In this document: positions 9,111-18,500 of the stretch, piece by piece
How the letters are laid out: each line of letters begins with the position of its first letter
How positions within the stretch are numbered: position 1 is the stretch's first letter
Origin: a virus
Direction: 5' to 3' (one strand)
Virus record (IMG/VR): IMGVR_UViG_3300029712_000001
Length of the DNA: 64,000 nucleotides
Notes under the pieces: generated by a model
What the model was told of the DNA's origin: nothing
What the model saw: only the letters and a program-made list of their open reading frames with translations
The model's database searches: none
Made by a program: the position numbers and the translations under genes

Positions 9111-10224
9111 TGCCAAAAATAATTTTAAACCAATTGCACAAAATCAAAAACTCAATAGGAGAATTAACTCCATCCCATTCCCATTTTTCGAGATAAGATC
9201 TTAACTTGCTTTTATCAACGTCTTCACCCCCTCTAAGAAAAACAAGATGCGGCATAAATAGCTCTCCCCCTTCCAGAGACTTGTTAAACTTGTTAACCAA
9301 CCTCTTTCTAAACTTAGGACCGTACCATGATTTTTCATTTGTGGACCCAAGGCAATAGTAAGAATTGTTTTTAGCCTTAATACCGAACCATTTACATATG
9401 TATGGATGATATACCCTATCTGCTAAGAATATAAATGGTTTATACCATAGGCAATGCCAGAATGTACTGCACTCGCCTCCAAACTTCTTAAAAGCCCATC
9501 TGAACCCTCCAGAGAAGTACCAATTGTTAGCCCCTCTCTTAACCTTAACTTTGTATTTAAGATTCTTATTCCGGTTACTAACCCTATCCCACGGCTTAAC
9601 CTTATCGGTATCCATATCAGGAAGGAATGTCCAATGATGAAGCAAGGCGCTATAATAAGGATTGTATATCTTGTGTCTGTTTCTAATAACGTACTCAAAA
9701 ATATCGTATCCTACTTGCCCGGCTTCTTCAAATCCTTTTTCTGACAAGAAAGCTAATATAGGAGCCAGATTCCAGATCTGATCTTGTGAAGTGAATGGGG
9801 AGAAGCAAGGGTCTTCATCTTTTAACTCTATACCATTAGTATATCCGGAGCTTATCTTGGTAAGACCGAATTTGCTTGCGTCTTCGCTATGGATATCGTC
9901 TCTTAAGAAAAATCCTTTTTCGAATTTGAAATAAATACCTTTGTTGTTATTAAAAAATAGATCATAAGTAGTATCGGCAAGACGGGTAAGTACCAATATG
10001 GAATTACGCACATCATCTTCTGTCTTGCTGCCAAGAACCATTTCCGTGTATATAAACTGGAGATAATGAGCCAGGTTGATAGTTCCGTCGCCGACCCAGC
10101 CTGCCCCGTTCTTCACCGACGACAGGGGGATGCACGAGGCCTGCTCTGTGTAGCTGGAATCATAAACAAAATCCCGGTAAAACACCTCCTTAATCCTATT
10201 GTATTTATCCCAAAGACCTTCCAT
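9094..10224 (-). CDS. hypothetical protein (aromatic-rich, 376 aa)
   Basis: The track start at 10227 is GTG; an ATG lies at 10224, 4 nt after the upstream stop. Confidence 0.5.
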   Translation of the reverse strand: MEGLWDKYNRIKEVFYRDFVYDSSYTEQASCIPLSSVKNGAGWVGDGTINLAHYLQFIYTEMVLGSKTEDDVRNSILVLTRLADTTYDLFFNNNKGIYFKFEKGFFLRDDIHSEDASKFGLTKISSGYTNGIELKDEDPCFSPFTSQDQIWNLAPILAFLSEKGFEEAGQVGYDIFEYVIRNRHKIYNPYYSALLHHWTFLPDMDTDKVKPWDRVSNRNKNLKYKVKVKRGANNWYFSGGFRWAFKKFGGECSTFWHCLWYKPFIFLADRVYHPYICKWFGIKAKNNSYYCLGSTNEKSWYGPKFRKRLVNKFNKSLEGGELFMPHLVFLRGGEDVDKSKLRSYLEKWEWDGVNSPIEFLILCNWFKIIFGNENIL

Positions 10225-10228
10225 CACC

Positions 10229-10957
10229 TTAACCTATAACAACAACACAATCACGCTTTTCCTTATTATAAACCATCGTACCCATCTTAGTGTACAAACC
10301 TTTTATATTTTGGTAATTGGTTTCACCATGAGCCGAAACGTTAGTAGTGATGCTGTCGGAGTAAACTTCCGTACCTCCTTCATTAATGAAATTAAATCCT
10401 TGTTTAACCATCTCTCCTCCAAGGTAGGCTGTAAAAGACACAACAACATTTCCTCGCCCTCTATTTCCATACCAATTACCATAGATATCAGCATTGATAT
10501 TAGGTTCCGACTCGTCCATTCCAGGCGCTGATAGCAAGGTCTTCATCTTAATAAGCGCACCTTCAAGACCGGACTGCATGTTATCACCACCATAAATAAG
10601 GTAATCACCTACCTGTTGTTGGGTAGTAGCCCACTGCTTACTCCATCCAACGTACTTGTTATCCACATTTGATATGCCTGTATTGGTAAAACCGGTTGCA
10701 GTATCAAAATCGGAACCGTCTTCTGATTCCCATCCGTATCTAAGAACAAGATAATCGAACTCAGGGATTACAACGACCTGCTCGCCGGCAGCTTGTGTGA
10801 TTGTAACGTTCTTACTCTCTCCACCAGCCGTTACCTTAGCTACGCCTCTACGATCTTCAGCTACCGGATTAGGGCCGGCTGTGAAAATGATGTTTGCCGG
10901 TCCTACGCCTCTCATTTTGTCGGCAGTTACTATTTCGCTTGCACTAACTTCTAACAT
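10229..10957 (-). CDS. virion-associated protein with N-terminal Ig/BACON-like module
   Basis: 242 aa. The N-terminal segment ..RRGVAKVTAGGESKNVTITQAAG follows the 'xxVxVxxN..R.xxItxxQ' pattern seen in other fibre genes of this window. Confidence 0.4.
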   Translation of the reverse strand: MLEVSASEIVTADKMRGVGPANIIFTAGPNPVAEDRRGVAKVTAGGESKNVTITQAAGEQVVVIPEFDYLVLRYGWESEDGSDFDTATGFTNTGISNVDNKYVGWSKQWATTQQQVGDYLIYGGDNMQSGLEGALIKMKTLLSAPGMDESEPNINADIYGNWYGNRGRGNVVVSFTAYLGGEMVKQGFNFINEGGTEVYSDSITTNVSAHGETNYQNIKGLYTKMGTMVYNKEKRDCVVVIG

Positions 10958-10958
10958 C

Positions 10959-11126
10959 TTATTTATTTTTTAATATTTCGAATACGTATATCCAACTCGA
11001 CAAAAATACTATTGGGCAATACATTGTCTCTACCAAACTCGCATCTCCTTTAAATTGCCTGATTGACCAAACAATCATAGATATAATAACACCAAGCAAG
11101 TATATAAATAGAACTACTTCCGTCAT
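10959..11126 (-). CDS. small membrane protein (55 aa, below ORF-track cutoff)
   Basis: The ATG overlaps the upstream stop (ATGA at 11123-11126). The stop at 10959-10961 abuts the next ATG at 10957. Sequence MTEVVLFIYLLGVIISMIVWSIRQ..CPIVFLSSWIYVF has two hydrophobic spans. Confidence 0.5.
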   Translation of the reverse strand: MTEVVLFIYLLGVIISMIVWSIRQFKGDASLVETMYCPIVFLSSWIYVFEILKNK

Positions 11127-12019
11127 ACCAATTTAAGTATATTGTCAATTACAGGATACGCCTTAGTATATATTTCAAACTCAGCACGGCGCCGCCTAAG
11201 AGGTTCGTACATGCCTTTTAATGTCATACCCATCATCTTAAGTTCGGTCTTAGCATTTTTCAGCTTAACCAAATCTTGCTGTGCATACAACTTGAACAAA
11301 TCGGCAGCCCCTTGTGCTTCTCCATTATACATCAGTTCCTCAAAGAATCTCATCTTTACAAAATTATCTACATAATCCAATACCAGACCTTGAGGCGTGT
11401 CTGGTATAATTATATTAGATTCTCCGTCAAAGGGAAGAGACCGGTACTGCATGTAAATAGGACCATCGAAATTGGCATACAGGAATCCGTTTACGATATT
11501 TATCTCATACGGACTATCCTTGATTACCTTATTCCGGCATTTACTTAAACAAGAATCACGAAGCATAGGCTTAGCAAGACCTAACATTACCGGCCGGTCA
11601 TAATAGCAACGAACTTCATGATCGCGATCATGAACATTGATATAAAATTTTTCAACTATCACTTTCTCGCATTCGTCTTTACAACATTCATCGCAAGAAC
11701 ACCACCTATAACTTCTTTCGGTACGTTCTTTCCAAGCTATTGTATTTTGAAGTTCTGATATCACCTTGTCACCTTCCGGCACCTCATATCCTTTAAAATC
11801 GCATTTAAAAGCCAGAATAAGATCAAAGTAATCACCAGGCATACGGGCCTGCCCTCGCTTGACATCCACTACCGCTTCTTTGCGCATAGTAATATCGCCT
11901 CCAAACTTCTTCAGGGCAATTTCTATCCATTTGTAGATGGATACCTCATCTATCAGATCACGCTTGTCAAATGATCTTAAAGACGATTTTAACTCTATGA
12001 TATAATTTTCGACTGTCAT
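11123..12019 (-). CDS. hypothetical structural-module protein, Cys-rich centre
   Basis: 298 aa with ATG start and the motif WCSCDECCKDECEK. A -7 box and a terminator lie directly upstream. Confidence 0.45.
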   Translation of the reverse strand: MTVENYIIELKSSLRSFDKRDLIDEVSIYKWIEIALKKFGGDITMRKEAVVDVKRGQARMPGDYFDLILAFKCDFKGYEVPEGDKVISELQNTIAWKERTERSYRWCSCDECCKDECEKVIVEKFYINVHDRDHEVRCYYDRPVMLGLAKPMLRDSCLSKCRNKVIKDSPYEINIVNGFLYANFDGPIYMQYRSLPFDGESNIIIPDTPQGLVLDYVDNFVKMRFFEELMYNGEAQGAADLFKLYAQQDLVKLKNAKTELKMMGMTLKGMYEPLRRRRAEFEIYTKAYPVIDNILKLV

Positions 12020-12025
12020 CTCTTA

Positions 12026-12062
12026 AAAAAAAATGGAGGACAAGAAACGAACCTGACCTCCA
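12026..12062 (-). terminator. intrinsic terminator
   Basis: Stem TGGAGG/CCTCCA is followed on the minus strand by T9. It lies directly 3' of the KilA-N gene. Confidence 0.65.
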
Positions 12063-12070
12063 CAAAGATA
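12061..12070 (-). promoter_or_regulatory. -7 promoter box TATCTTTGTG
   Basis: Same 10-mer as at 7374, 27625, 29208 and 46114, lying upstream of the ATG at 12019. Confidence 0.4.
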
Positions 12071-12103
12071 TAAATAATATGTATAACGCCATATTTTGTG
12101 TTT

Positions 12104-13063
12104 TCAAAATTTAGGATCTTCAAACTTGCCGTACTTCAAGAAAAGGCTCCTACACTTTTCCTTTATCCCCTTAAGTGTGACTTCATATCCGGCACCAGTC
12201 ATGTAGATGGTTTGCTGATTAACTCTTTCCCCAGAATATTTGTCAACAAAATATGATCTGTAAACACCAAACTTATTTTTGACAATATCACTGTATAGCT
12301 CCCATCTACCCTGCCCATTTCTGAACATAAACTTGACTTCCTCAAGAAACAAACGAAGATTCTTTTCTGCGATGATGATTCCATTCTGCTCAAGCTTCTT
12401 CGCCACATCTCTGATTAGCCACATGTTTTCATGATCCACCTTCTTAAATGACTCAGAAAACTCTATATCCCCCTTCTTTTCTTCTAACGTATTTACAGCT
12501 ATTTCTTTTTCCATTCTTTCTTGCTCCGCCCTTTTATGTTCAGCCAAAGCAATAGCTTCCGCTTGCTGAGCTCTACGATACTGCTTAGCCCATTCTTCGG
12601 CTGCTTCTGCCGGATCAGTAAAATTTGGAATAGAAACCAAGTTTGATGTTAAAAATTCTTTTATCTTCGAGTTACACCATAATCTAAAATCAGTATCCAA
12701 CCATCTCGCAAAATCTATGGCGAGATCTTCAAACATCCATGTACCTCCTCCATTTTCAGGACTTCCAAGCATAGTTGTAACTATCTGATTCTCAGAAAGG
12801 TGGGAAAATCCCACCATTGACTTAATTAATTGATTTACAGACGGCAACCTTAGATACTCGGCAGGTTTCTTATTGAATGCTTTTGCCATCTGTGTGGCAT
12901 TTAATAATATACCATAAGAAGTTTTTATAAAAGAAACATTATGGCCATTATAGCTAAAAATTTTAGATAATTTTACAGATAAATCCATTTCGTTGGATTC
13001 TGACGTCAAAATAATGTTACTATCCTTCGCATTGTTTTGAAAATTGTTTACCTTTGCCTCCAT
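12104..13063 (-). CDS. KilA-N domain DNA-binding protein (antirepressor-like)
   Basis: The N-terminal region ..LNATQMAKAFNKKPAEYLRL..GGTWMFEDLAIDFARWLDTDFRLWC is typical of KilA-N/Bro-N. It is followed by a coiled coil (RRAQQAEAIALAEHKRAEQERMEKE). Confidence 0.6.
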   Translation of the reverse strand: MEAKVNNFQNNAKDSNIILTSESNEMDLSVKLSKIFSYNGHNVSFIKTSYGILLNATQMAKAFNKKPAEYLRLPSVNQLIKSMVGFSHLSENQIVTTMLGSPENGGGTWMFEDLAIDFARWLDTDFRLWCNSKIKEFLTSNLVSIPNFTDPAEAAEEWAKQYRRAQQAEAIALAEHKRAEQERMEKEIAVNTLEEKKGDIEFSESFKKVDHENMWLIRDVAKKLEQNGIIIAEKNLRLFLEEVKFMFRNGQGRWELYSDIVKNKFGVYRSYFVDKYSGERVNQQTIYMTGAGYEVTLKGIKEKCRSLFLKYGKFEDPKF

Positions 13064-13181
13064 AGAGCTTTATTTGTATAAAGATATTTTGTTAGCATTA
13101 TATCCGTCCGCTTGCGAAAGTAGACGGATATGCAAAAATAGTGATTATCCTATATCTACAAAGGGTGATCGCTATTTTTTT

Positions 13182-13676
13182 CTACGACCTTCTATGTCCC
13201 AATTCTTTATCTTCGAAAACTCTCTTAATCTGGAAGTCTTTAAACACCCTTCTTTTAGCAAGTATTTCATTGTACATAAATCGATATCTTCGTCCTTTAT
13301 TCATTTTAACCCTTAACTTCTTTTTCAAGCTATCTTGTATTACAAAATGGTAATATCTTTTAGAGTCTGCGAAATCCATAGCCAGGTGGTTGTAGAGGTA
13401 GCCGTTGGTGCCGAGCCTGCTCACGATGTCCAGGTCCCGCCTGACGGTAAAGCGCTGGCCCGGTATAAGCACATGGCATAAGTAGCCCACGTTATCTACG
13501 TAAACACCAGCATCAGCTTCCACATAATGCTCTGATACGGTTTTCCATATAATAGACAACAGCCTTAAAACCTCTCCTCTATCTCTTATCATGCCTTTCT
13601 TAAAACCATTCTTTCTCTTCATAAGACGATGGTAGTAGGCTGCAAAATACGGTGATTGTATTGATGTTCTTTTCAT
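13182..13676 (-). CDS. hypothetical basic protein
   Basis: 164-aa ORF with ATG start. It contains one of the GC3-rich islands (13381-13463). Confidence 0.45.
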   Translation of the reverse strand: MKRTSIQSPYFAAYYHRLMKRKNGFKKGMIRDRGEVLRLLSIIWKTVSEHYVEADAGVYVDNVGYLCHVLIPGQRFTVRRDLDIVSRLGTNGYLYNHLAMDFADSKRYYHFVIQDSLKKKLRVKMNKGRRYRFMYNEILAKRRVFKDFQIKRVFEDKELGHRRS

Positions 13677-13690
13677 GTTACCAAGTTATA

Positions 13691-13723
13691 TAAAAATGGG
13701 TCTTGGTTTCACAACTAAGACCC
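13691..13723 (-). terminator. intrinsic terminator
   Basis: Stem GGGTCTT/AAGACCC is followed on the minus strand by ATTTTTAT. It lies 3' of the gene ending at 13747. Confidence 0.5.
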
Positions 13724-13746
13724 AAATAAAGATAAATAATATTTTA

Positions 13747-14451
13747 TTATTGAACAATTTGACTTTTCTGATTGGAATCAAGATTCGGATTTTCATCAAT
13801 AGGAATCTGTAGCCTGAATGCTACTTCCTTTATCGTCTCTGCCACTACATACTCAATCAGCTTAATAGGGCAAATAAATTCGTATTCCCATTCAGATTCG
13901 CACCCTTTAGGTGTAGGATCGCAAGCCATTAACTCCAGCGCCTTCTTTCTTCTTGTTGTAAAGAACTCTACGTTAATAAGCTCTATATGGAAATCCGGTA
14001 TATAAATATAGTCGTTTTCTACATAATAAAAAGGACGACGTTCTTTAACATATTTAGCATACGGTCTTTTCTGTTCATTGCGATACGACTTTATTTCAGC
14101 GAACTTAAAAAATATAGTGTTATCTACGTTAGTCACCTTAGTAATAGCCGGTCTAAGGGCAGAATAAAGAAGTCCTGGAAGCTTATGCTTTGAACGCATA
14201 AGTGTATTACACAACGCAAATTCGGCATCGCAGCAAACTATTTTATCAACTTCAATCATCTCCAGACAAGTAACGTAAGTTAGGAGCCGGTGGTCGCCAA
14301 GTAACGTCCCATCATCCCACCTCTGGGCCGTATAAGATTCGGCTTTAGTTCTACCGATATTCAATATCCATCTCCGACTAACATGCGAATCTTTGTCAAG
14401 GGCATGAATACCGTTTACGACTCTTGATACAAATTCACCATTAGTGATCAT
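13747..14451 (-). CDS. hypothetical structural-module protein
   Basis: 234-aa ORF with ATG start and a 4-nt overlap with the upstream gene. Confidence 0.45.
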   Translation of the reverse strand: MITNGEFVSRVVNGIHALDKDSHVSRRWILNIGRTKAESYTAQRWDDGTLLGDHRLLTYVTCLEMIEVDKIVCCDAEFALCNTLMRSKHKLPGLLYSALRPAITKVTNVDNTIFFKFAEIKSYRNEQKRPYAKYVKERRPFYYVENDYIYIPDFHIELINVEFFTTRRKKALELMACDPTPKGCESEWEYEFICPIKLIEYVVAETIKEVAFRLQIPIDENPNLDSNQKSQIVQ

Positions 14452-14837
14452 GCTCCCCTCCTTTCTTTTGCTCTTGATTCTCTTGATTTAGCATTCAATA
14501 TCCTCATATAAATATCTCTTTCACTCATACCGGATATGGTTTTTATAGCCTCATCCAACATGACTTTCGCATATAAAGGCTTAGGGAATCCCTTTATCTT
14601 AACCGGATCAGGAACTAACTTAGCCTTACGATATTCATAAAATCTTTTAGAAGTTACATTAAGATAAGAAACAGCCTCTTCCCCGGTATAGTACTTAGCC
14701 GGATTAGCAAGCTGCGTCCATGTCTCAAGATCGTTGGCTGTAAGATGATCGCATTCCCCGCTTAAAAACATCTCCTTTATCTTATCGCATACCGCCGCAC
14801 CGCTTTTACGCAGCGTCTCTGTCAGAATTTCTTTCAT
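14448..14837 (-). CDS. small HTH-type DNA-binding protein
   Basis: The track start is TTG; an ATG lies at 14837. The segment YYTGEEAVSYLNVTSKRFYEYRKAKLVP resembles an excisionase/MerR-type HTH. Confidence 0.4.
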   Translation of the reverse strand: MKEILTETLRKSGAAVCDKIKEMFLSGECDHLTANDLETWTQLANPAKYYTGEEAVSYLNVTSKRFYEYRKAKLVPDPVKIKGFPKPLYAKVMLDEAIKTISGMSERDIYMRILNAKSRESRAKERRGA

Positions 14838-15222
14838 TTTCAAAACATCCTGTTTTAAACCTTAAAACAATAGAGGCAATGATTATCAGAAGAGTAACAG
14901 CCATAACAGACCACACTACGATATTGTGCTCAATAGGCATCTCAATATTAACCGTAACCCATTCTACACAGATATTAAAAATCATGCTATAGATCAATAA
15001 CCTATGCCATATACAAAACCTGAACATTCTTGAAAAAGCCAAGAGAAATAGATCCCATGATATAGAATGATCTAATATCGGATACAGCCAATTAGTGATA
15101 CTAAAAGGATAAAACTCATCAAAAATGCTGGCTAACATAATAACCTGCATCAACACAGGATAATACTTCACAAACGTCACACAGACGTTCCTCTGTCCTT
15201 TGCTAATAAACTTGTTGCTCAT
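14806..15222 (-). CDS. multi-pass membrane protein
   Basis: 138 aa with four hydrophobic spans and an ATG start. Confidence 0.45.
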   Translation of the reverse strand: MSNKFISKGQRNVCVTFVKYYPVLMQVIMLASIFDEFYPFSITNWLYPILDHSISWDLFLLAFSRMFRFCIWHRLLIYSMIFNICVEWVTVNIEMPIEHNIVVWSVMAVTLLIIIASIVLRFKTGCFENERNSDRDAA

Positions 15223-15243
15223 AATATGTTGTTGTTATGTTAT

Positions 15244-15274
15244 TAAAATGGGGAAGGCGATCAGCACCTTCCCC
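15244..15274 (-). terminator. intrinsic terminator
   Basis: Stem GGGGAAGG/CCTTCCCC is followed on the minus strand by ATTTTAA. Confidence 0.55.
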
Positions 15275-15284
15275 TGGTTTTCAA

Positions 15285-15407
15285 TCACTTTTTAGTGCTC
15301 GTCTTCTTTCTTTTCATCTTACCGCCAACACTACCGCCTTGACGCATTTTGGGTTTGTCCTTTTTATCAACTTCCCCACCCTGACGAGCTTTCTTTTTAC
15401 AAGCCAT
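15285..15407 (-). CDS. 40-aa Lys/Arg-rich peptide (stand-alone unit)
   Basis: Sequence MACKKKARQGGEVDKKDKPKMRQGGSVGGKMKRKKTSTKK, with ATG and TGA. It is bracketed by two hairpin terminators (15494-15531 and 15244-15274). Confidence 0.35.
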   Translation of the reverse strand: MACKKKARQGGEVDKKDKPKMRQGGSVGGKMKRKKTSTKK

Positions 15408-15493
15408 GATACTAAAAATTTAAAATTGAATGATGTGCAATATTAATCATTTTTATTCTAATAGACAATACTTAAAACACAATATTATAATCT

Positions 15494-15531
15494 AAAATAT
15501 TCAAGGGGAGAGAACTAAATTCCCTCCCCTT
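15494..15531 (-). terminator. intrinsic terminator after the 1503-aa gene
   Basis: Stem AAGGGGAG/CTCCCCTT starts 6 nt past the stop at 15537. A T-rich tract follows on the minus strand. Confidence 0.55.
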
Positions 15532-15536
15532 GCTAA

Positions 15537-18500
15537 TTATGCTGGATTAAGATCCATTTGAGAATAAGCGTATTTCAAAGTACCATTTTCATCACCACAC
15601 TCAGCTCCATCTACGATAAAGTTGTAAGAAGCAGGAGATTCATTATATACATTGAAAATACCACCTTTCTTGGAGATATTTTGTTTTTCATACTGCCTAA
15701 CAGTAGCGGTCTTATACACTTTGCCTTCGTAAGACACGTTTATAGTTCGTATATACCATGTAGTATCTCCATTCTCATCTCCAGAATGAACATATCCTGC
15801 CAATATACCACCCATTACAGCCCCGAAATACGAACAAGAGCTTCCGGATTGTTTTCTCTGGGTTGTTGTTCCGATGCTTATAGTAGCTCCAGATATCTCA
15901 CGATAATCAGCATCCACCACCTTAATATCACAGGTGTAGATTCGGATATTTCCATTTTCATCACTAGTCCATTCGAATCCGGCAATACACTTACCGGCGC
16001 CAGGATTATAAGAAACATTATTCTTCCTATATGTAGCCCAAGAGCCGTTTTTCAATGTAATATGCGCCGGAACAGGTTTAGCCTCTGCCTTTCCTTCTTG
16101 GTTGACTGTTATGTTAACAGTCTTCCCAGACTCATTTTGCTTCAATGTCACAGTGCCACTTCTGGAAGATGAAGAGCTGTTTGCGGATGAGATTATTACA
16201 AATGAATAATCATAGCCTGACAAAACAGGACAATTTACTCCTGACGGTTTTTCTGTAACTTCTGTAACCCAACTTGGCTTAGATGATACAGTGTATCCTA
16301 TCTTACTTCCATTCTTTTTACTTTTTAATTGAATACATAAATATGAGTTATTTGTACCTCCATTTGCATCGGCATTCCAAGTGCTTTGGTTGGTACTAAA
16401 TTCGTAAGTAACTGCAACATCTTGTGTGATGCTAAGAGTAACAGTCTTTCCAGATTCATTTTGAACAAAAACAATGTCACCAGATCTGGAAGAAGATGTT
16501 GTATTGGCAGATAATGTCACCACAGCCTTCATGCTTTCAGATGTCTGGTCTCTGTAATCAACAGAACACCAAGAAGGTTTCGATTTAACAGAATATCCTA
16601 TATATGAATCATTCTTAGTACTTATGATAACTTCTTTAATATCCTGAGATTCTCCAGTTACAGACCTTGACTTGCTCGTTCTTCCATCATGGAACTGAAA
16701 TTCATATGGAGCATATCCGCAACTTCCAATAACATACTCTTCTTTAGTATCAGAATTTCCGCAATCATCGTAACGAATAAACTTAGTTTTGGTTCCATTA
16801 CATCCATTTTCTTGCCAAGAACCGTAAGATCCGCAATTACAGCAATTTCTACAACTTACAGAATATTGACGATCTATGCTACCAGAGCAACTATCACGAT
16901 AAGCATTGTACTGAGTATGACCTACGCAGTCTCCTGTTCCATAGTAAGACCAGTCAGTACAAGACTCTCCACCTCCATTAACCCATCTTGTGTCGTTATA
17001 AGAAGAAGAGCATGGATTGGTGTCACGTTGTTGCTTCTGAGACGTACACCCGTCACAACGGGTGCTTCCGGTATCCGACCAAGAAGGTGTTGTGCTATCA
17101 GGCAAGCAATCAGCATTCTTATTAGCTACTGCCTGACCTTGGGAATTTACAGCATCTTGAGCCTTCTTATTAGCATCAGCTTGACTGATATTGGACGTAA
17201 ATGGACCACCCACCTGATCTTGGGTTACGGTAACAGACGAACCATGCTGACAGCTTCCGCAATTGTTTCTGGTGAAGACCTTACTTGCCTTACCGGTCCA
17301 GGTACAAGTTCCCTGCGCGTCAGCAAGAGCCTGTCCCTGCTGTTCGACGGCAGCCTGAGCCTTGCTATTTGCGTCTTCCTGACTTACGGTAGACGTAAAA
17401 GGACCGCCGGTTACATCATCCTGATCTATGGTAACCTTAGATCCGACACCTCCATCAGCACACTGTTTTGTAAATTGCTTGCTATATGTTCCGGTCCAGG
17501 TACATACCTTATCTCCACCTTCTACCCAGCGTTCATCTGCTCCACCATAACATTCGTTGGTATTGACTTGCTTCTTATAAGATTTGCCTCCTTCACATTT
17601 GGTTTCAAGTGGTTCAGAATCTACCCATACAGGATCGGTGTTGTCCATTTCGCATGTCCCGTTCTTGTTAACATAAGCCTGACCTTGGGCTTCTACGGCT
17701 TCCTGAGCCAGCCTATTTGCCTCTTCCTGACTTTCATTGGAATAGAACGGTCCGCCTACCATATCTTGTGTTACACTCATCGGAACACCATGATGACATG
17801 ATCCGCAATTGTCTTTTGTAAACTGCTTGCTATATACGCCTACAAACCTACATTTACCTTTTTGGTTAGCAATAGCCTGTCCTTGAGCTTTAACAGCTTC
17901 CTTAGCCTTATTATCAGCATCCTCTTGACTTACGAAAGAAGTAAAAGGATTGCCTTCAACATCAGCTTCACTTACCTCTACTTCTGTTCCTGAATCCGGT
18001 ATTTCACAGTCGTTCTTTTGGAACGTTTCTGAGTAATGACCGGTCCAGCTACAAACTTTGTTCCCACCATCTACCCAACGTTCTTGATTGTGGGTTTCAG
18101 AACATTCGTTGGTATCATGTTGCTTTTTCTGAGACTTACCTTCATTACATCTAAGTTCTTCCGGAACAACGTCTTCCCATACAGGATCGGTGCTAAGTGG
18201 CGTACAGTTGCCGTTTTTATTAACATAGGCCTGGCCTCCTTCTTCTACGATCCTACGAGCTTCTGCGTCTGCCGCATCCTGGCTTTCTGTAGACGTAACA
18301 GGACTACCATTAACCATTTCGGCCGTAACCTCCATTTCTACACCCTTATGGCAAGCTTCACATTCAGGAACGAATCTCTTGCTGTAATGACCGGTATAGA
18401 CCGTCATATTCTCACAATTACCCTTACTGTTAGCAATAGCCTGTCCTTGTTCTTTGACAGCAGCTTTAGCCTTGTTATTAGCATCATCTTGACTCACGGT

